Shown piece after piece: positions 28,295-42,679 of a DNA stretch of 64,000 nt. This DNA is from Eledone cirrhosa (Eukaryota): contig OZ024741.1 of the NCBI GenBank assembly GCA_964016885.1, positions 20,460,001 through 20,524,000 on the forward strand, in the 5' to 3' direction. The translations under genes were made by a program, and so were the position numbers. The notes below the pieces were generated by a model, which saw only the letters and a list, made by a program, of their open reading frames with translations, did no database searches and was not told the DNA's origin. How positions within the stretch are numbered: position 1 is the stretch's first letter; each line of letters starts with the position of its first letter.

Positions 28295-30567
28295 CAGTGG
28301 ATTGGCAGTATCGGTAGAGGCTCGGACGCCATGCTAGGGTGGTGGATTGGTAGTATCGGTAGAGGGTCTGACGCCATGTTAGGGTGGTGGATTTGCAGTA
28401 TTGGTAGAGGGTCTGACGCCATGCTAGGGTGGTGGATTGTCAGTATCGGTAGAGGGTCTGACGCCATGCTAGGGTGGTGGATTGGCAGTATCGGTAGAGG
28501 GTCTGACGCCATGCTAGGGTGGTGGATTGGCAGTATCGGTAGAGGGTCTGACGCCATGCTAGGGTGGTGGATTGGCAGTATTGGTAGAGGGTCTGACGCC
28601 ATGCTAGGGTGGTGGATTTGCAGTATCGGTAGAGGCTCGGACGCCATGCTAGGGTGGTGGATTTGCAGTATCGGTAGAGGGTCTGACGCCATGCTAGGGT
28701 GGTGGATTGGCAGTATTGGTAGAGGGTCTGACGCCATGCTAGGGTGGTGGATTTGCAGTATCGGTAGAGGGTCTGACGCCATGTTAGGGTGGTGGATTCG
28801 CAGTATTGGTAGAGGGTCTGACGCCATGCTAGGGTGGTGGATTGGCAGTATTGGTAGAGGGTCTGACGCCATGCTAGGGTGGTGGATTTGCAGTATCGGT
28901 AGAGGGTCTGACGCCATGTTAGGGTGGTGGATTGGCAGTATTGGTAGAGGGTCTGACGCCATGCTAGGGTGGTGGATTCGCAGTATTGGTAGAGGGTCTG
29001 ACGCCATGTTAAGGTGGTGGATTTGCAGTATCGGTAGAGGGTCTGACGCCATGTTAGGGTGGTGGATTTGCAGTATCGGTAGAGGGTCTGACGCCATGTT
29101 AGGGTGGTGGATTTGCAGTATCGGTAGAGGGTCTGACGCCATGTTAGGGTGGTGGATTTGCAGTATCGGTAGAGGGTCTGACGCCATGTTAGGGTGGTGG
29201 ATTTGCAGTATCGGTAGAGGGTCTGACGCCATGTTAGGGTGGTGGATTGGTAGTATTGGTGGAGGGTCTGACGCCATGTTAGGGTGGTGGATTCGCAGTA
29301 TCGGTAGAGGGTCGGACGCCATGCTAGGGTGGCAGATTGGCAGTATCGGTGGAGGGTCTGGCGTCATGTTAGGGTGGTGGATTGGCAGTATCGGTGGAGG
29401 GTCTGACGCCATGTTAGGGTGGTGGATTGGCAGTATCGGTAGAGCGTCGGACACCATGCTAGGGTGGTGGATTGGCAGTATCGGTAGAGCGTCGGACACC
29501 ATGCTAGGGTGGTGGATTGGCAGTATCGGTAGAGGGTCTGACGCCATGCTAGGGCGGTGGATTGGCAGTATCGGTAGAGCGTCGGACACCATGCTAGGGT
29601 GGTGGATTGGCAGTATCGGTAGAGCGTCGGACACCATGCTAGGGTGGTGGATTGGCAGTATCGGTAGAGGGTCTGACGCCATGCTAGGGCGGTGGATTGG
29701 CAGTATCGGTAGAGGGTCGGACACCATGCTAGGGTGGTGGATTGGCAGTATCGGTAGAGGGTCGGACACCATGCTAGGGTGGTGGATTGGCAGTGTAGGT
29801 AGAGGGTCGGACGCCATGCTTTGTAAGGGTGGTGGATTGGCAGTATCGGTAGAGGGTCGGACACCATGTTAGGGTGGTGGATTGGCAGTATCGGTAGAGG
29901 GTCTGACGCCATGCTAGGGTGGTGGATTGGCAGATTCGGTAGAGGGTCGGACGCCATGCTTTGTAAGGGTGGTGGATTGGCAGTATCGGTAGAGGGTCGG
30001 ACACCATGTTAGGGTGGTGGATTGGTAGTATCGGTAGAGGGTCTGACGCCATGCTAGGGTGGTGGATTTGCAGATTCGGTAGAGGGTCGGACGCCATGCT
30101 TTGTAAGGGTGGTGGATTGGCAGTATCGGTAGAGGGTCGGACACCATGTTAGGGTGGTGGATTGGCAGTATCGGTAGAGGGTCTGACGCCATGCTAGGGT
30201 GGTGGATTGGCAGTATCGGTAGAGGGTCGGACGCCATGCTAGGGTGGCAGATTTGCAGTATCGGTAGAGGGTCTGACGCCATGTTATGGTGGTGGATTGG
30301 TAGTATCGGTGGAGGGTCTGACGCCATGTTAGGGTGGTGGATTGGCAGTATCGGTGGAAGGTGTGACGCCATGTTAGGGTGGTGGATTGGCAGTATTGGT
30401 AGAGGGTCTGACGCCATGTTAGGGTGGTGGATTGGCAGTATCGGTGGAGGGTCTGACGCCATGTTTGGGAGGTGGATTTGCAGTATCGGTACAGCGTCGG
30501 ATGCCATGTTAGGGTGGTGGATTGGCAGTATCGGTAGAGGGTCGGACGCCATGCTAGGGTGGTGGAG
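28295..30567 (+). repeat. 45-bp tandem array (about 50 units) derived from the SINE 5' head
   Basis: Unit agggtggtggattggcagtatcggtagagggtctgacgccatgct matches the SINE start at 52755-52798. Confidence 0.9.
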
Positions 30568-30750
30568 TGTTTTACCGTAAAAATGCAACTGTTTTTCCTT
30601 TATTAAAATGACACGTTTGTTGAACAGAATTGTAGTGGGTCAAATGTATTACATTGATGCTATCAGGTTCAATTTGTGAAGGTTAATGATGTGGGTGTTC
30701 GTTGATTGATCTTTATGTCGACCAGTCATACATGAAAACGTAGAAAGCAT

Positions 30751-33700
30751 GCTGAAGGTCATTCCACAGTGTAGACTAGAGATACTGTGGTAAGCCATAC
30801 ACTGAAGGTCATTCCACAGTGTAGACTACAGATACTGTGGTAAGCCATACACTGAAGGTCATTCCACAGTGTAGACTAGAGATACTGTGGTAAGCCATAC
30901 ACTGAAGGTCATTCCACAGTGTAGACTACAGATACTGTGGTAAGCCATACACTGAAGGTCATTCCACAGTGTAGACTAGAGATACTGTGGTAAGCCATAC
31001 ACTGAAGGTCATTCCACAGTGTAGACTACAGATACTGTGGTAAGCCATACACTGAAGGTCATTCCACAGTGTAGACTAGAGATACTGTGGTAAGCCATAC
31101 ACTGAAGGTCATTCCACAGTGTAGACTACAGATACTGTGGTAAGCCATACACTGAAGGTCATTCCACAGTGTAGACTAGAGAAACTGTGGTAAGCCATAC
31201 ACTGAAGGTCATTCCACAGTGTAGACTAGAGATACTGTGGTAAGCCATACACTGAAGGTCATTCCACAGTGTAGACTAGAGATAGTGTGGTAAGCCATAC
31301 ACTGAAGGTCATTCCACAGTGTAGACTAGAGATACTGTGGTAAGCCATACACTGAAGGTCATTCCACAGTGTAGACTACAGATACTGTGGTAAGCCATAC
31401 ACTGAAGGTCATTCCACAGTGTAGACTACAGATAATGTGGTAAGCCATACACTGAAGGTCATTCCACAGTGTAGACTACAGATACTGTGGTAAGCCATAC
31501 ACTGAAGGTCATTCCACAGTGTAGACTAGAGATACTGTGGTAAGCCATACACTGAAGGTCATTCCACAGTGTAGACTAGAGATAGTGTGGTAAGCCATAC
31601 ACTGAAGGTCATTCCACAGTGTAGACTACAGATACTGTGGTAAGCCATACATTGAAGGTCATTCCACAGTGTAGACTAGAGATACTGTGCTAAGCCATAC
31701 ACTGAAGGTCATTCCACAGTGTAGACTACAGATACTGTGGTAAGCCATACACTGAAGGTCATTCCACAGTGTAGACTAGAGATACTGTGGTAAGCCATAC
31801 ACTGAAGGTCATTTCACAGTGTAGACGAGAGATACTGTGGTAAGCCATACACTGAAGGTCATTCCACAGTGTAGACTACAGATACTGTGGTAAGCCATAC
31901 ACTGAAGGTCATTCCACAGTGTAGACTAGAGATACTGTGGTAAGCCATACACTGAAGGTCATTCCACAGTGTAGACTACAGATAATGTGGTAAGCCATAC
32001 ACTGAAGGTCATACCACAGTGTAGACTAGAGATACTGTGGTAAGCCATACACTGAAGGTCATTCCACAGTGTAGACTACAGATACTGTGGTAAGCCATAC
32101 ACTGAAGGTCATTCCACAGTGTAGACTAGAGATACTGTGGGAAGCCATACACTAAAGGTCATTCCACAGTGTAGACTACAGATACTGTGGTAAGCCATAC
32201 ACTGAAGTTCATTCCACAGTGTAGACTACAGATACTGTGGTAAGCCATACACTGAAGGTCATTCCACAGTGTAGACTAGAGATACTGTGGTAAGCCATAC
32301 ACTGAAGGTCATTCCACAGTGTAGACTACAGATACTGTGGTAAGCCATACACTGAAGGTCATTCCACAGTGTAGACTACAGATACTGTGGTAAGCCATAC
32401 ACTGAAGGTCATTCCACAGTGTAGACTAGAGATACTGTGGTAAGCCATACACTGAAGGTCATTCCACAGTGTAGACTAGAGATACTGTGGTAAGCCATAC
32501 ACTGAAGGTCATTCCACAGTGTAGACTAGAGATACTGTGGTAAGCCATACACTGAAGGTCATTCCACAGTGTAGACTAGAGATACTGTGGTAAGCCATAC
32601 ACTGAAGGTCATTCCACAGTGTAGACTAGAGATACTGTGGTAAGCCATACACTGAAGGTCATTCCACAGTGTAGACTACAGATACTGTGGTAAGCCATAC
32701 ACTGAAGGTCATTCCACAGTGTAGACTACAGATACTGTGGTAAGCCATACACTGAAGGTCATTCCACAGTGTAGACTACAGATACTGTGGTAAGCCATAC
32801 ACTGAAGGTCATTCCACAGTGTAGACTACAGATACTGTGGTAAGCCATACACTGAAGGTCATTCCACAGTGTAGACTACAGATACTGTGGTAAGCCATAC
32901 ACTGAAGGTCATTCCACAGTGTAGACTACAGATAATGTGGTAAGCCATACACTGAAGGTCATTCCACAGTGTAGACTACAGATACTGTGGTAAGCCATAC
33001 ACTGAAGGTCATTCCACAGTGTAGACTACAGATACTGTGGTAAGCCATACACTGAAGGTCATTCCACAGTGTAGACTAGAGATACTGTGGTAAGCCATAC
33101 ACTGAAGGTCATTCCACAGTGTAGACTAGAGATACTGTGGTAAGCCATACACTGAAGGTCATTCCACAGTGTAGACTACAGATACTGTGGTAAGCCATAC
33201 ACTGAAGGTCATTCCACAGTGTAGACTACAGATACTGTGGTAAGCCATACACTGAAGGTCATTCCACAGTGTAGACTAGAGATACTGTGGTAAGCCATAC
33301 ACTGAAGGTCATTCCACAGTGTAGACTACAGATACTGTGGTAAGCCATACACTGAAGGTCATTCCACAGTGTAGACTACAGATACTGTGGTAAGCCATAC
33401 ACTGAAGGTCATTCCACAGTGTAGACTAGAGATACTGTGGTAAGCCATACACTGAAGGTCATTCCACAGTGTAGACTAGAGATACTGTGGTAAGCCATAC
33501 ACTGAAGGTCATTCCACAGTGTAGACTAGAGATACTGTGGTAAGCCATACACTGAAGGTCATTCCACAGTGTAGACTAGAGATACTGTGGTAAGCCATAC
33601 ACTGAAGGTCATTCCACAGTGTAGACTAGAGATACTGTGGTAAGCCATACACTGAAGGTCATTCCACAGTGTAGACTACAGATACTGTGGTAAGCCATAC

Positions 33701-34840
33701 ACTGAAGGTCATTCCACAGTGTAGACTAGAGATACTGTGGTAAGCCATACACTGAAGGTCATTCCACAGTGTAGACTACAGATACTGTGGTAAGCCATAC
33801 ACTGAAGGTCATTCCACAGTGTAGACTAGAGATACTGTGGTAAGCCATACACTGAAGGTCATTCCACAGTGTAGACTAGAGATACTGTGGTAAGCCATAC
33901 ACTGAAGGTCATTCCACAGTGTAGACTAGAGATACTGTGGTAAGCCATACACTGAAGGTCATTCCACAGTGTAGACTACAGATACTGTGGTAAGCCATAC
34001 ACTGAAGGTCATTCCACAGTGTAGACTACAGATACTGTGGTAAGCCATACACTGAAGGTCATTCCACAGTGTAGACTAGAGATACTGTGGTAAGCCATAC
34101 ACTGAAGGTCATTCCACAGTGTAGACTAGAGATACTGTGGTAAGCCATACACTGAAGGTCATTCCACAGTGTAGACTAGAGATACTGTGGTAAGCCATAC
34201 ACTGAAGGTCATTCCACAGTGTAGACTACAGATACTGTGGTAAGCCATACACTGAAGGTCATTCCACAGTGTAGACTAGAGATACTGTGGTAAGCCATAC
34301 ACTGAAGGTCATTCCACAGTGTAGACTAGAGATACTGTGGTAAGCCATACACTGAAGGTCATTCCACAGTGTAGACGAGAGATACTGTGGTAAGCCATAC
34401 ACTGAAGGTCATTCCACAGTGTAGACTAGAGATACTGTGGTAAGCCATACACTGAAGGTCATTCCACAGTGTAGACGAGAGATACTGTGGTAAGCCATAC
34501 ACTGAAGGTCATTCCACAGTGTAGACTAGAGATACTGTGGTAAGCCATACACTGAAGGTCATTCCACAGTGTAGACTACAGATACTGTGGTAAGCCATAC
34601 ACTGAAGGTCATTCCACAGTGTAGACTACAGATACTGTGGTAAGCCATACACTGAAGGTCATTCCACAGTGTAGACTAGAGATACTGTGGTAAGCCATAC
34701 ACTGAAGGTCATTCGACAGTGTAGACTACAGATACTGTGGTAAGCCATACACTGAAGGTCATTCCACAGTGTAGACTACAGATACTGTGGTAAGCCATAC
34801 ACTGAAGGTCATTCCACAGTGTAGACTAGAGATACTGTGG
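30751..34840. repeat. Highly homogeneous 50-bp satellite (about 82 units)
   Basis: actgaaggtcattccacagtgtagactaSagatactgtggtaagccatac. Confidence 0.97.
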
Positions 34841-35009
34841 CAGACTGTGTGCTAAGGTAGCACCAATGAAAAGCTAGACCTCACGCTAAAGAAATACACG
34901 TGACAAAGTAGACAGTACGCTAAAGTCACACATATGTGTGTCTTTCTTTTATCTTGCAACTGCATATCTATTTAGATTTGCATTTCTTCAGTTTCTCGGT
35001 AGCTTAAAA

Positions 35010-35238
35010 TTTCTTCTTCTTCTTCTTCTTCTTCTTCTTCTTCTTTTTCTTCTTCTTCTTCTTCTTCTTCTTCTTCTTCTTCTCCTCCTTCTCCTTCTTC
35101 TCCTCCTCCTCCTTCTTGTTCTTCTTCTTCTTCTTCTTCTTCTTCTCCCCCTCCTCCTTCTTCTTCTTCTTCTTCTTCTTCTTCTCCTTCTTCTCCTCCT
35201 CCTCCTCCTCTCCCTCCTCCTCCTCCTCCTCCTCCTCC

Positions 35239-35269
<31 letters not shown>

Positions 35270-35530
35270 CATCCTCCTCCTCCTTCTTCTTCTTCTTCTT
35301 CTTCTTCTTCTTCTTCTTCTTCTTCTTCTTCTTCTTCCTGAGAGGGTCGTGGGGTAGTGTCCTAAAACACCCCTTCCACCATGTCATGTCAGAAGTACCA
35401 TCTCCAACTGATCCGGCTGGATTCCTAGCCGAGACCAGCCGAGCTCATTGATATTATCCAACCATTTTGCTCGGGGTCTCCTGTCGATTGATTTCTCCCG
35501 TAAAATCTGTCCAGTGATTCTTTCCTGAAA
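35010..35530 (-). mobile_element. RTE-like LINE 3' end with an expanded (GAA)n tail
   Basis: Homologous to 45508-45800; RPRARWLDNI-like coding remnant. Confidence 0.65.
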
Positions 35531-35669
35531 CATTTATTTATTAAGAAAACATATTTAAGGTCGATTATATCGACCGCAGTAATTTATCGATAAATTTTTT
35601 TCCTGGTCTCCCAAAATGAAATATGTTCAGCACTATAGACGTGATTATTGGCGGTACAACTCCACAAGA

Positions 35670-35950
35670 AGATATATAACTATTTATGTCCGTCAAACAT
35701 ATACACTAGGTCCGAACACAAAAGAACCAAACTCCCGCTTCCCCCATCTATCATTATTATGAGCAAATGGGGGTCCACGCTCTGGCCGCCTCACGGCCCC
35801 GGAATAGAGAAGGCGTTTCCCTGGGGGATGGTGAGAGAGACGTGCTGGAAAAGTCATTCCAGCTCACGAGGCTCACACCTGCGGGTAGTCAATTCTGTGC
35901 CGATGATGGTGGTGCGTAGGGAGGTGGCCCTAGGGCCAAGGACACCAGTT
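35670..35950 (-). mobile_element. CRE-clade 3' fragment
   Basis: LGPRATS...IIGTELTTRRCEPRELE*LFQHVSLTIPQGNAFSI; UTR motif ggtccgaaca...aactccc. Confidence 0.75.
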
Positions 35951-36721
35951 AACAGTTTTATCACAACGAGATAGTGATAGGCTACAAGGCCAGCAGTGTT
36001 TTGTGGGGTTGATGTCAATGTCGATTGTATCTGGTAATTTACTTAAGCGACCTTCGAAAGATGGAATTCAAAGTTAATCTTGGTGGGATTTGAATGCAGA
36101 ACGTAAAGAACCGAAACAAATACTACTAAGCATTTGTCCAGCACTTTTACGTCTCAACCAATCCACCACCTTTATCCATACTTGTGATATTAATGTGGTT
36201 GGTACTTAGTTTAACCCTCTTTTATTTCATAAAACCAGAGCTGGTTTTGGCCGGGCTGGTAACTAGAAAGTTAAACATCTATAGGTCAATTGGTGTGGGA
36301 AATAGGCAGAGAGTGAGAGAGATATATAGAATCTTCCACTTTAAAGGGTTTACTGTGTGTGTCTGTGCCTGTGTCTATATCTGTGTGTCTATGTGTGTGT
36401 GTGTCTATGTGTGTGTGTGTGTCTTATTTTCTATCTAACTGTAAGGGTTCGTACGTCTTTGCAAGTATGTCTTATCTGTAGAGATGTAAAAAAAAAATAC
36501 AAAGGGACATCCAGATGTCCAGATGATTAAAGTTCTGAAGACGAAGGACTGGGTGGACTGTTCGGGGAGAAACCTAGGGGTTTTGATCAGAAAGAAAAGT
36601 GAGGAGTAACGTGCATAGGTCCAACAAATCATAAATATGGTTTCACTTCATTTGGCGTTGTAACGATTTCTTCTACGTGGTCACTTGACTTATTAGAAAT
36701 AGCAGCCAAATTCTCTGTTTT

Positions 36722-37260
36722 TAACCTTACGGCCCTTTACGTTCTGAATTCAAATCCCGCCGAGGTTAGCTTTGCCTGTCACCCTTACGGGGTCGATAAA
36801 TAAAACACCAGTAATGCACTGGGGTCAATTTAGTGCCCCCCCCCCAAATAATAAATTGCTGGCCTTGTGCCTATAGTAGAAATCATTATTATTATTCAAT
36901 AGGTTAACTTTGCCTTTCATCCTTACGGGGTCGATAAAATAAAGTACCAGTAATGTACTGGGTAATTGCTGGCCTTGTGGCAAAAGTAGAAACAATTATT
37001 ATTATTCAATAGGCTTAAATACAGTGCTTTGATAATTGCTGGCCTTGTGCCTACATCACAAACTATTATTAGGTGACGGATTGGCAAATTGGTAGAGCAT
37101 CGAATAAGAATACATTTGTGCCATTGTGGTATTTGTTCTGGTTCTTTACATTCTGAGTTGAAGTTCCACCGAGGTCAAATTCGGGATCGATGAAATAAAA
37201 TACCAATTTTACCCTTCCCCCCAAAATTTTCTTACCTTGTGCCTAAATTAGAAATCATTA
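36722..37260 (+). mobile_element. Cluster of major-family SINE copies and fragments
   Basis: B box plus core repeated three times. Confidence 0.75.
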
Positions 37261-37484
37261 TATAGGGCGGTTTTCACCCATTCAAGGTCGATGTCCCAGT
37301 CGAGATGTCCTCTCTCTCCTATAAAGGTCCTTCTATACTGGTGTCTTTTTCACTTCCTCACTCTCTATCCTTCTCTGTAAGAAATCTACTGCAGTTAGAC
37401 ATGGAGATGGGCCACACCAGGCTTAGAATACCCAAGAAGGCTTAGTATACCACAACGGAGCTCCTACGACCCCACCAGGAGTTA

Positions 37485-37573
37485 CCATACCATACCATAC
37501 CATACCATACCATACCATACCATACCATACCATACCATACCATACCATACCATACCATACCATACCATACCAT
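37485..37573. repeat. (CATAC)n pentanucleotide repeat
   Basis: Direct observation. Confidence 0.95.
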
Positions 37574-38331
37574 ATCCATATAGGGTGATAGATTGGCAGA
37601 GTTGTTAGAACGTTGGGAAAATGCTTAGAAGTAACTGTTCTGACTTTTTACCTTTTGAGTTCAAATACAACCACCATAATAATCTTACTTACCCGCTTAA
37701 AGTGCTTGTATTACATGTAACACCCTGCCACACAATAATCATATATAAATGAGACACACTTGCATGCCCCACGTGTAACTAACGCTTACACTAACTACTA
37801 CATCTGACTAACAAACTATCTTCTTGCATTATCTGTGTTAACTGCCGAATGTATTTTAATTTTGTTTTAATTTTGTTTTAATTTTAATTTTAATTTTAAT
37901 TTTAATTTTAATTTTAATTTTAATTTTAATTTTAATTTTAATTTTGATTTTGATTTTGAATTTGAATTGGTATACAGAAATAATATAGAATAATATATGT
38001 CACTCCACTGTACATCAATATATATATATGTATCTGTATGTCTCTTGCGTTGGAAAGGAGGTCAATTTTGTGTACAAACATTGAAAAATGCTCCGAAGAA
38101 TCCAAGCCTAGGTTTGGATGAAACAATTGTAAGTGAATAAATGCTTTGAACATAGCTTTGATTCTTGTGAATTCTATATAACTGCTCTGTAGAACAACTG
38201 ATGTTATTACATTGAGCTATTTATCTTACTGGTAATAAGGTAGTAATAAATTACTGACCTTCACTGTTTAGGGTTTAAAATATACATAACTATAAAAGGT
38301 TTTAGTATATACATAACCATAAATAGTATCC

Positions 38332-38444
<113 letters not shown>

Positions 38445-38459
38445 TATATATATATATAT

Positions 38460-38603
38460 CATGTTTTATATAGAAATAGCTTTCCGGGATTAGAACTGTT
38501 TCATTCAAAAGAAATCATCGAGAAAGCTTTCCTATAGAAGCTATTTCTACTAATGTATTGAGTTCCTTACTCACGTTGGTTACCCCTGGTTGAACCTGAC
38601 ACC
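38460..38603 (+). mobile_element. Degenerate family A fold-back
   Basis: tagaaatagct...tagaactgtttcattcaaaagaaatcatc...agctatttcta; gtattgagttcc tail. Confidence 0.6.
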
Positions 38604-38719
38604 CATACACACACAGAGATATATAGATATATATAGATATATGTGTGTATGAGTGTGTATGCGTGAGTAAGTGTATAAGGGTGAAATCAGGAATTGTCTG
38701 TACTAATAATATATCATAC

Positions 38720-38770
<51 letters not shown>

Positions 38771-38890
38771 GTTAGTTAGAAATCATTGATAATACAAATA
38801 TACTTGAAGATAACACACTGATTGTATTTTTACAATAGCTGCTGTTTATATAATTGATACACATACATAGGTTAGCCTGCACCTATATGT

Positions 38891-38976
<86 letters not shown>

Positions 38977-39339
38977 GCGTGTGCGTGTGTGTGTCCCTGC
39001 TGATATCACCCTCGGAATCAATGTTTCTTAATCTGTATGGTTCCACGTCAATTAATAATAGACCTGATGCCTCGTTCGGTATAAAAGATGTTTGATATGA
39101 AAATGATATACTGTAAACTTTAGAAAACGTACCCCTTTTCTGCCCAAGGGCCGGCTTAAAGTAACCAAGGGCCTCAAGCATCTTCTCGCAGAAAACCTTA
39201 TAAAAATTAAAGTACATGAATATAACCCTACACATAAAAAACTGCTAAGATTCCAGCATCTGTCTATGCCGTCCTTTAAAACACAGGTGACATCTAAAGA
39301 TAAATTCGGATTAAAGCAACTAGAGCAGGGTTTCCTAAC

Positions 39340-41848
39340 CTGGGCGATATGGCCTACCTGTGGGTGATATAGCCTACCTGTAGGTGATATAGCCTACCTG
39401 TGGGTGATATAGCCTACCTGTGGGGGATATAGCCTACCTGTAGGTGATATAGCCTACCTGTGGGGGATATAGCCTACCTGTAGGTGATATAGCCTACCTG
39501 TGGGGGATATAGCCTACCTGTAGGTGATATAGCCTACCTGTGGGGGATATAGCCTACCTGTAGGTGATATAGCCTACCTGTGGGGGATATAGCCTACCTG
39601 TGGGGGATATAGCCTACCTGTAGGTGATATAGCCTACCTGTGGGGGATATAGCCTACCTGTGGGGGATATAGCCTACCTGTGGGGGATATAGCCTACCTG
39701 TGGGTGATATAGCCTACCTGTGGGTGATATAGCCTACCTGTGGGGGATATAGCCTACCTGTAGGTGATATAGCCAAATTGTGGGGAATATAGCCTACCTG
39801 TGGGTGATATAGCCTACCTGTGGGGGATATAGCCTACCTGTGGGGGATATAGCCTACCTGTGGGTGATATAGCCTACCTGTGGGGGATATAGCCTACCTG
39901 TGGGTGATATAGCCTATCTGTGGGGGATATAGCCTACCTGTGGGTGATATAGCCTACCTGTGGGTGATATAGCCTACCTGTGGGTGATATAGCCTACCTG
40001 TGGGTGATATAGCCAAATTGTGGGGGATATAGCCTACCTGTGGGTGATATAGCCTGCCTGTGGGGGATATAGCCTACCTGTAGGGGATATAGCCGACCTG
40101 TGGGTGATATGGCCTACCTGTGAGGGATATAGCTTACCTGTGGGAGATATAGCCTACCTGTAGGGGATATAGCCTACCTGTAGGTGATATAGCCTACCTG
40201 TGGGGGATATAGCCGACCTGTAGGGGATATAGCCGACCTGTGGGGGATATAGCCTACCTGTGGGGGATATAGCCTACCTGTGGGGGATATAGCCTATCTG
40301 TGGGGGATATAGCCTACCTGTGGGTGATATAGCCTACCTGTGGGTGATATAGCCTACCTGTGGGGGATATAGCCTACCTGTAGGTGATATAGCCAAATTG
40401 TGGGGAATATAGCCTACCTGTGGGTGATATAGCCTACCTGTGGGGGATATAGCCTACCTGTGGGGGATATAGCCTACCTGTGGGTGATATAGCCTACCTG
40501 TGGGGGATATAGTCTACCTGTGGGTGATATAGCCTATCTGTGGGGGATATAGCCTACCTGTGGGTGATATAGCCTACCTGTGGGTGATATAGCCTACCTG
40601 TGGGTGATATAGCCTACCTGTGGGTGATATAGCCAAATTGTGGGGGATATAGCCTACCTGTGGGTGATATAGCCTACCTGTGGGGGATATAGCCTACCTG
40701 TAGGGGATATAGCCGACCTGTGGGTGATATAGCCTACCTGTGGGGGATATAGCCTACCTGTAGGGGATATAGCCGACCTGTGGGTGATATAGCCAAATTG
40801 TGGGGGATATAGCCTACCTGTAGGGGATATAGCCGACCTGTGGGTGATATGGCCTACCTGTGAGGGATATAGCTTACCTGTGGGAGATATAGCCTACCTG
40901 TAGGGGATATAGCCGACCTGTGGGGGATATAGCCTACCTGTGGGGGATATAGCCTACCTGTGGGTGATATAGCCTACCTGTGGGGGATACGGCCTACCTG
41001 TGGGGGATATAGCCTACCTGTAGGGGATATAGCCTACCTGTGAGGGATATAGCTTACCTGTGGGAGATATAGCCTACCTGTAGGGGATATAGCCGACCTG
41101 TGGGGGATATAGCCTACCTGTGAGGGATATAGCCTACCTGTGGGGGATATAGCCTACCTGTAGGGGATATAGCCGACCTGTGGGGCATATAGCCTACCTG
41201 TGAGTGATATAGCCTACCTGTGGGTGATACGGCCTACCTGTGGGGGATACGGCCTACCTGTGGGGGATATAGCCTACCTGTGGGGGATATAGCCTACCTG
41301 TGGGTGATACGGCCTACCTGTGGGTGATATAGCCTACCTGTGTGGGATATAGCCTACCTGTGTGGGATATAGCCTACCTGTGTGGGATATAGCCTACCTG
41401 TGTGGGATATAGCCTACCTGTGGGTGATACGGCCTACCTGTGTGGGATATAGCCTACCTGTGTGGGATATAGCCTACCTGTGTGGGATATAGCCTACCTG
41501 TGTGGGATATAGCCTACCTGTGGGGGATATAGCCTACCTGTGTGGGATATAGCCTACCTGTGTGGGATATAGCCTACTTGTGTGGGATATAGCCTACCTG
41601 TGTGGGATATAGCCTACCTGTGTGGGATATAGCCTACCTGTGTGGGATATAGCCTACCTGTGTGGGATATAGCCTACCTGTGGGGGATATAGCCTACCTG
41701 TGGGGGATATAGCCTACCTGTGGGGGATACGGCCTACCTGTGGGTGATATAGCCTACCTGTGTGGGATATAGCCTACCTGTGTGGGATATAGCCTACCTG
41801 TGTGGGATATAGCCTACCTGTGGGGGATATAGCCTACCTGTGGGTGAT
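39340..41848. repeat. 20-bp minisatellite (about 125 units) starting inside a hAT-like terminus
   Basis: Unit tgggggatatagcctacctg; preceded by CAGGGTTTCCTAACCTGGG at 39326. Confidence 0.95.
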
Positions 41849-42679
41849 AATCAACTTTACAGAAAATGGTGGTGATTGGAAATGTTGGTGGACGATATAG
41901 GATTTGAATATTAAGAAGTTATTTTGAAATATGCTACCCGAACAGATATTCAGAGATATGCAAAGAACCAATATAAAAAAAAACAGGAGGCTAAGTGGGA
42001 ATAATGAACCAATAACAAACCTTTGCCAAATATTTTTGGTATGCTTTTGAATATTTACTATACAGGTGGGCAGTGGAAAGGTCTTCCATGTGAAAGTGGG
42101 CAATGACTCAAAAATGTCAGGAACTCCTGAACTAGAGGCTCTAGGATAGAGAACATTTGAGGCCACCAATATCTGCTCGCAGGAAACCTTATGAAATCTA
42201 AGCCTACACATAGAACGATGCTGAGATTCCTACATCGATCCATTCCAACCTTTAAAACAGATGTGACACCCAAAGAATTATAACATTCTGAAGTTTCACA
42301 AAAATGTCATGTTTCAAAGCTATATTTTGATATATATCTTAATATATATTTAAAATAGAATGGTGGGGCCCTTCTTCGGTATTATGAGGACCTTGACTGT
42401 GGTTAACTTAGGTCCTTTCTAATGATTGCAACCCTCGTGCTGCCCACTGTCACTGGTAGACTCCATGTACTGAAACAACCTAAAATGTAAGTCTTCCTGT
42501 CAGTATACAGACACTCCCTTACCAACATTTCTCAAATGTCTTCCTGGGACGTGTGAGAAGGCGGAGGGGGGCTGTTAAAGTGACAGGAAATCGACAGTTT
42601 TTAGTTGTTTCTTTTTTGCTATTATTTTTTTTTTTTTTTTTTTTTACTGTTTAGTGAAAGACACCACACAAAGGCCGTG

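Noticed and set aside
28379-30430. TTAGGG telomeric motifs
   Set aside because: Single hexamers created at array unit junctions by a C-to-T variant, not tandem telomeric repeats.
28174-30588. ORFs over 500 aa on both strands with 15-aa repeats
   Set aside because: They are a by-product of a stop-free 45-bp SINE-derived tandem array.
30751-34840. CRISPR-like or ribozyme-like array
   Set aside because: There are no unique spacers or cas genes, and CTGAAGG is not followed by a GAAA core.
34938-35451. Poly-L/R/K/E/F/S ORFs
   Set aside because: They come from the (TTC)n/(TCC)n/(TCA)n tail of an RTE-like element.
38990-39300. Possible exon or TE coding remnant; similarly 41860-42290
   Set aside because: No motif could be assigned with confidence.
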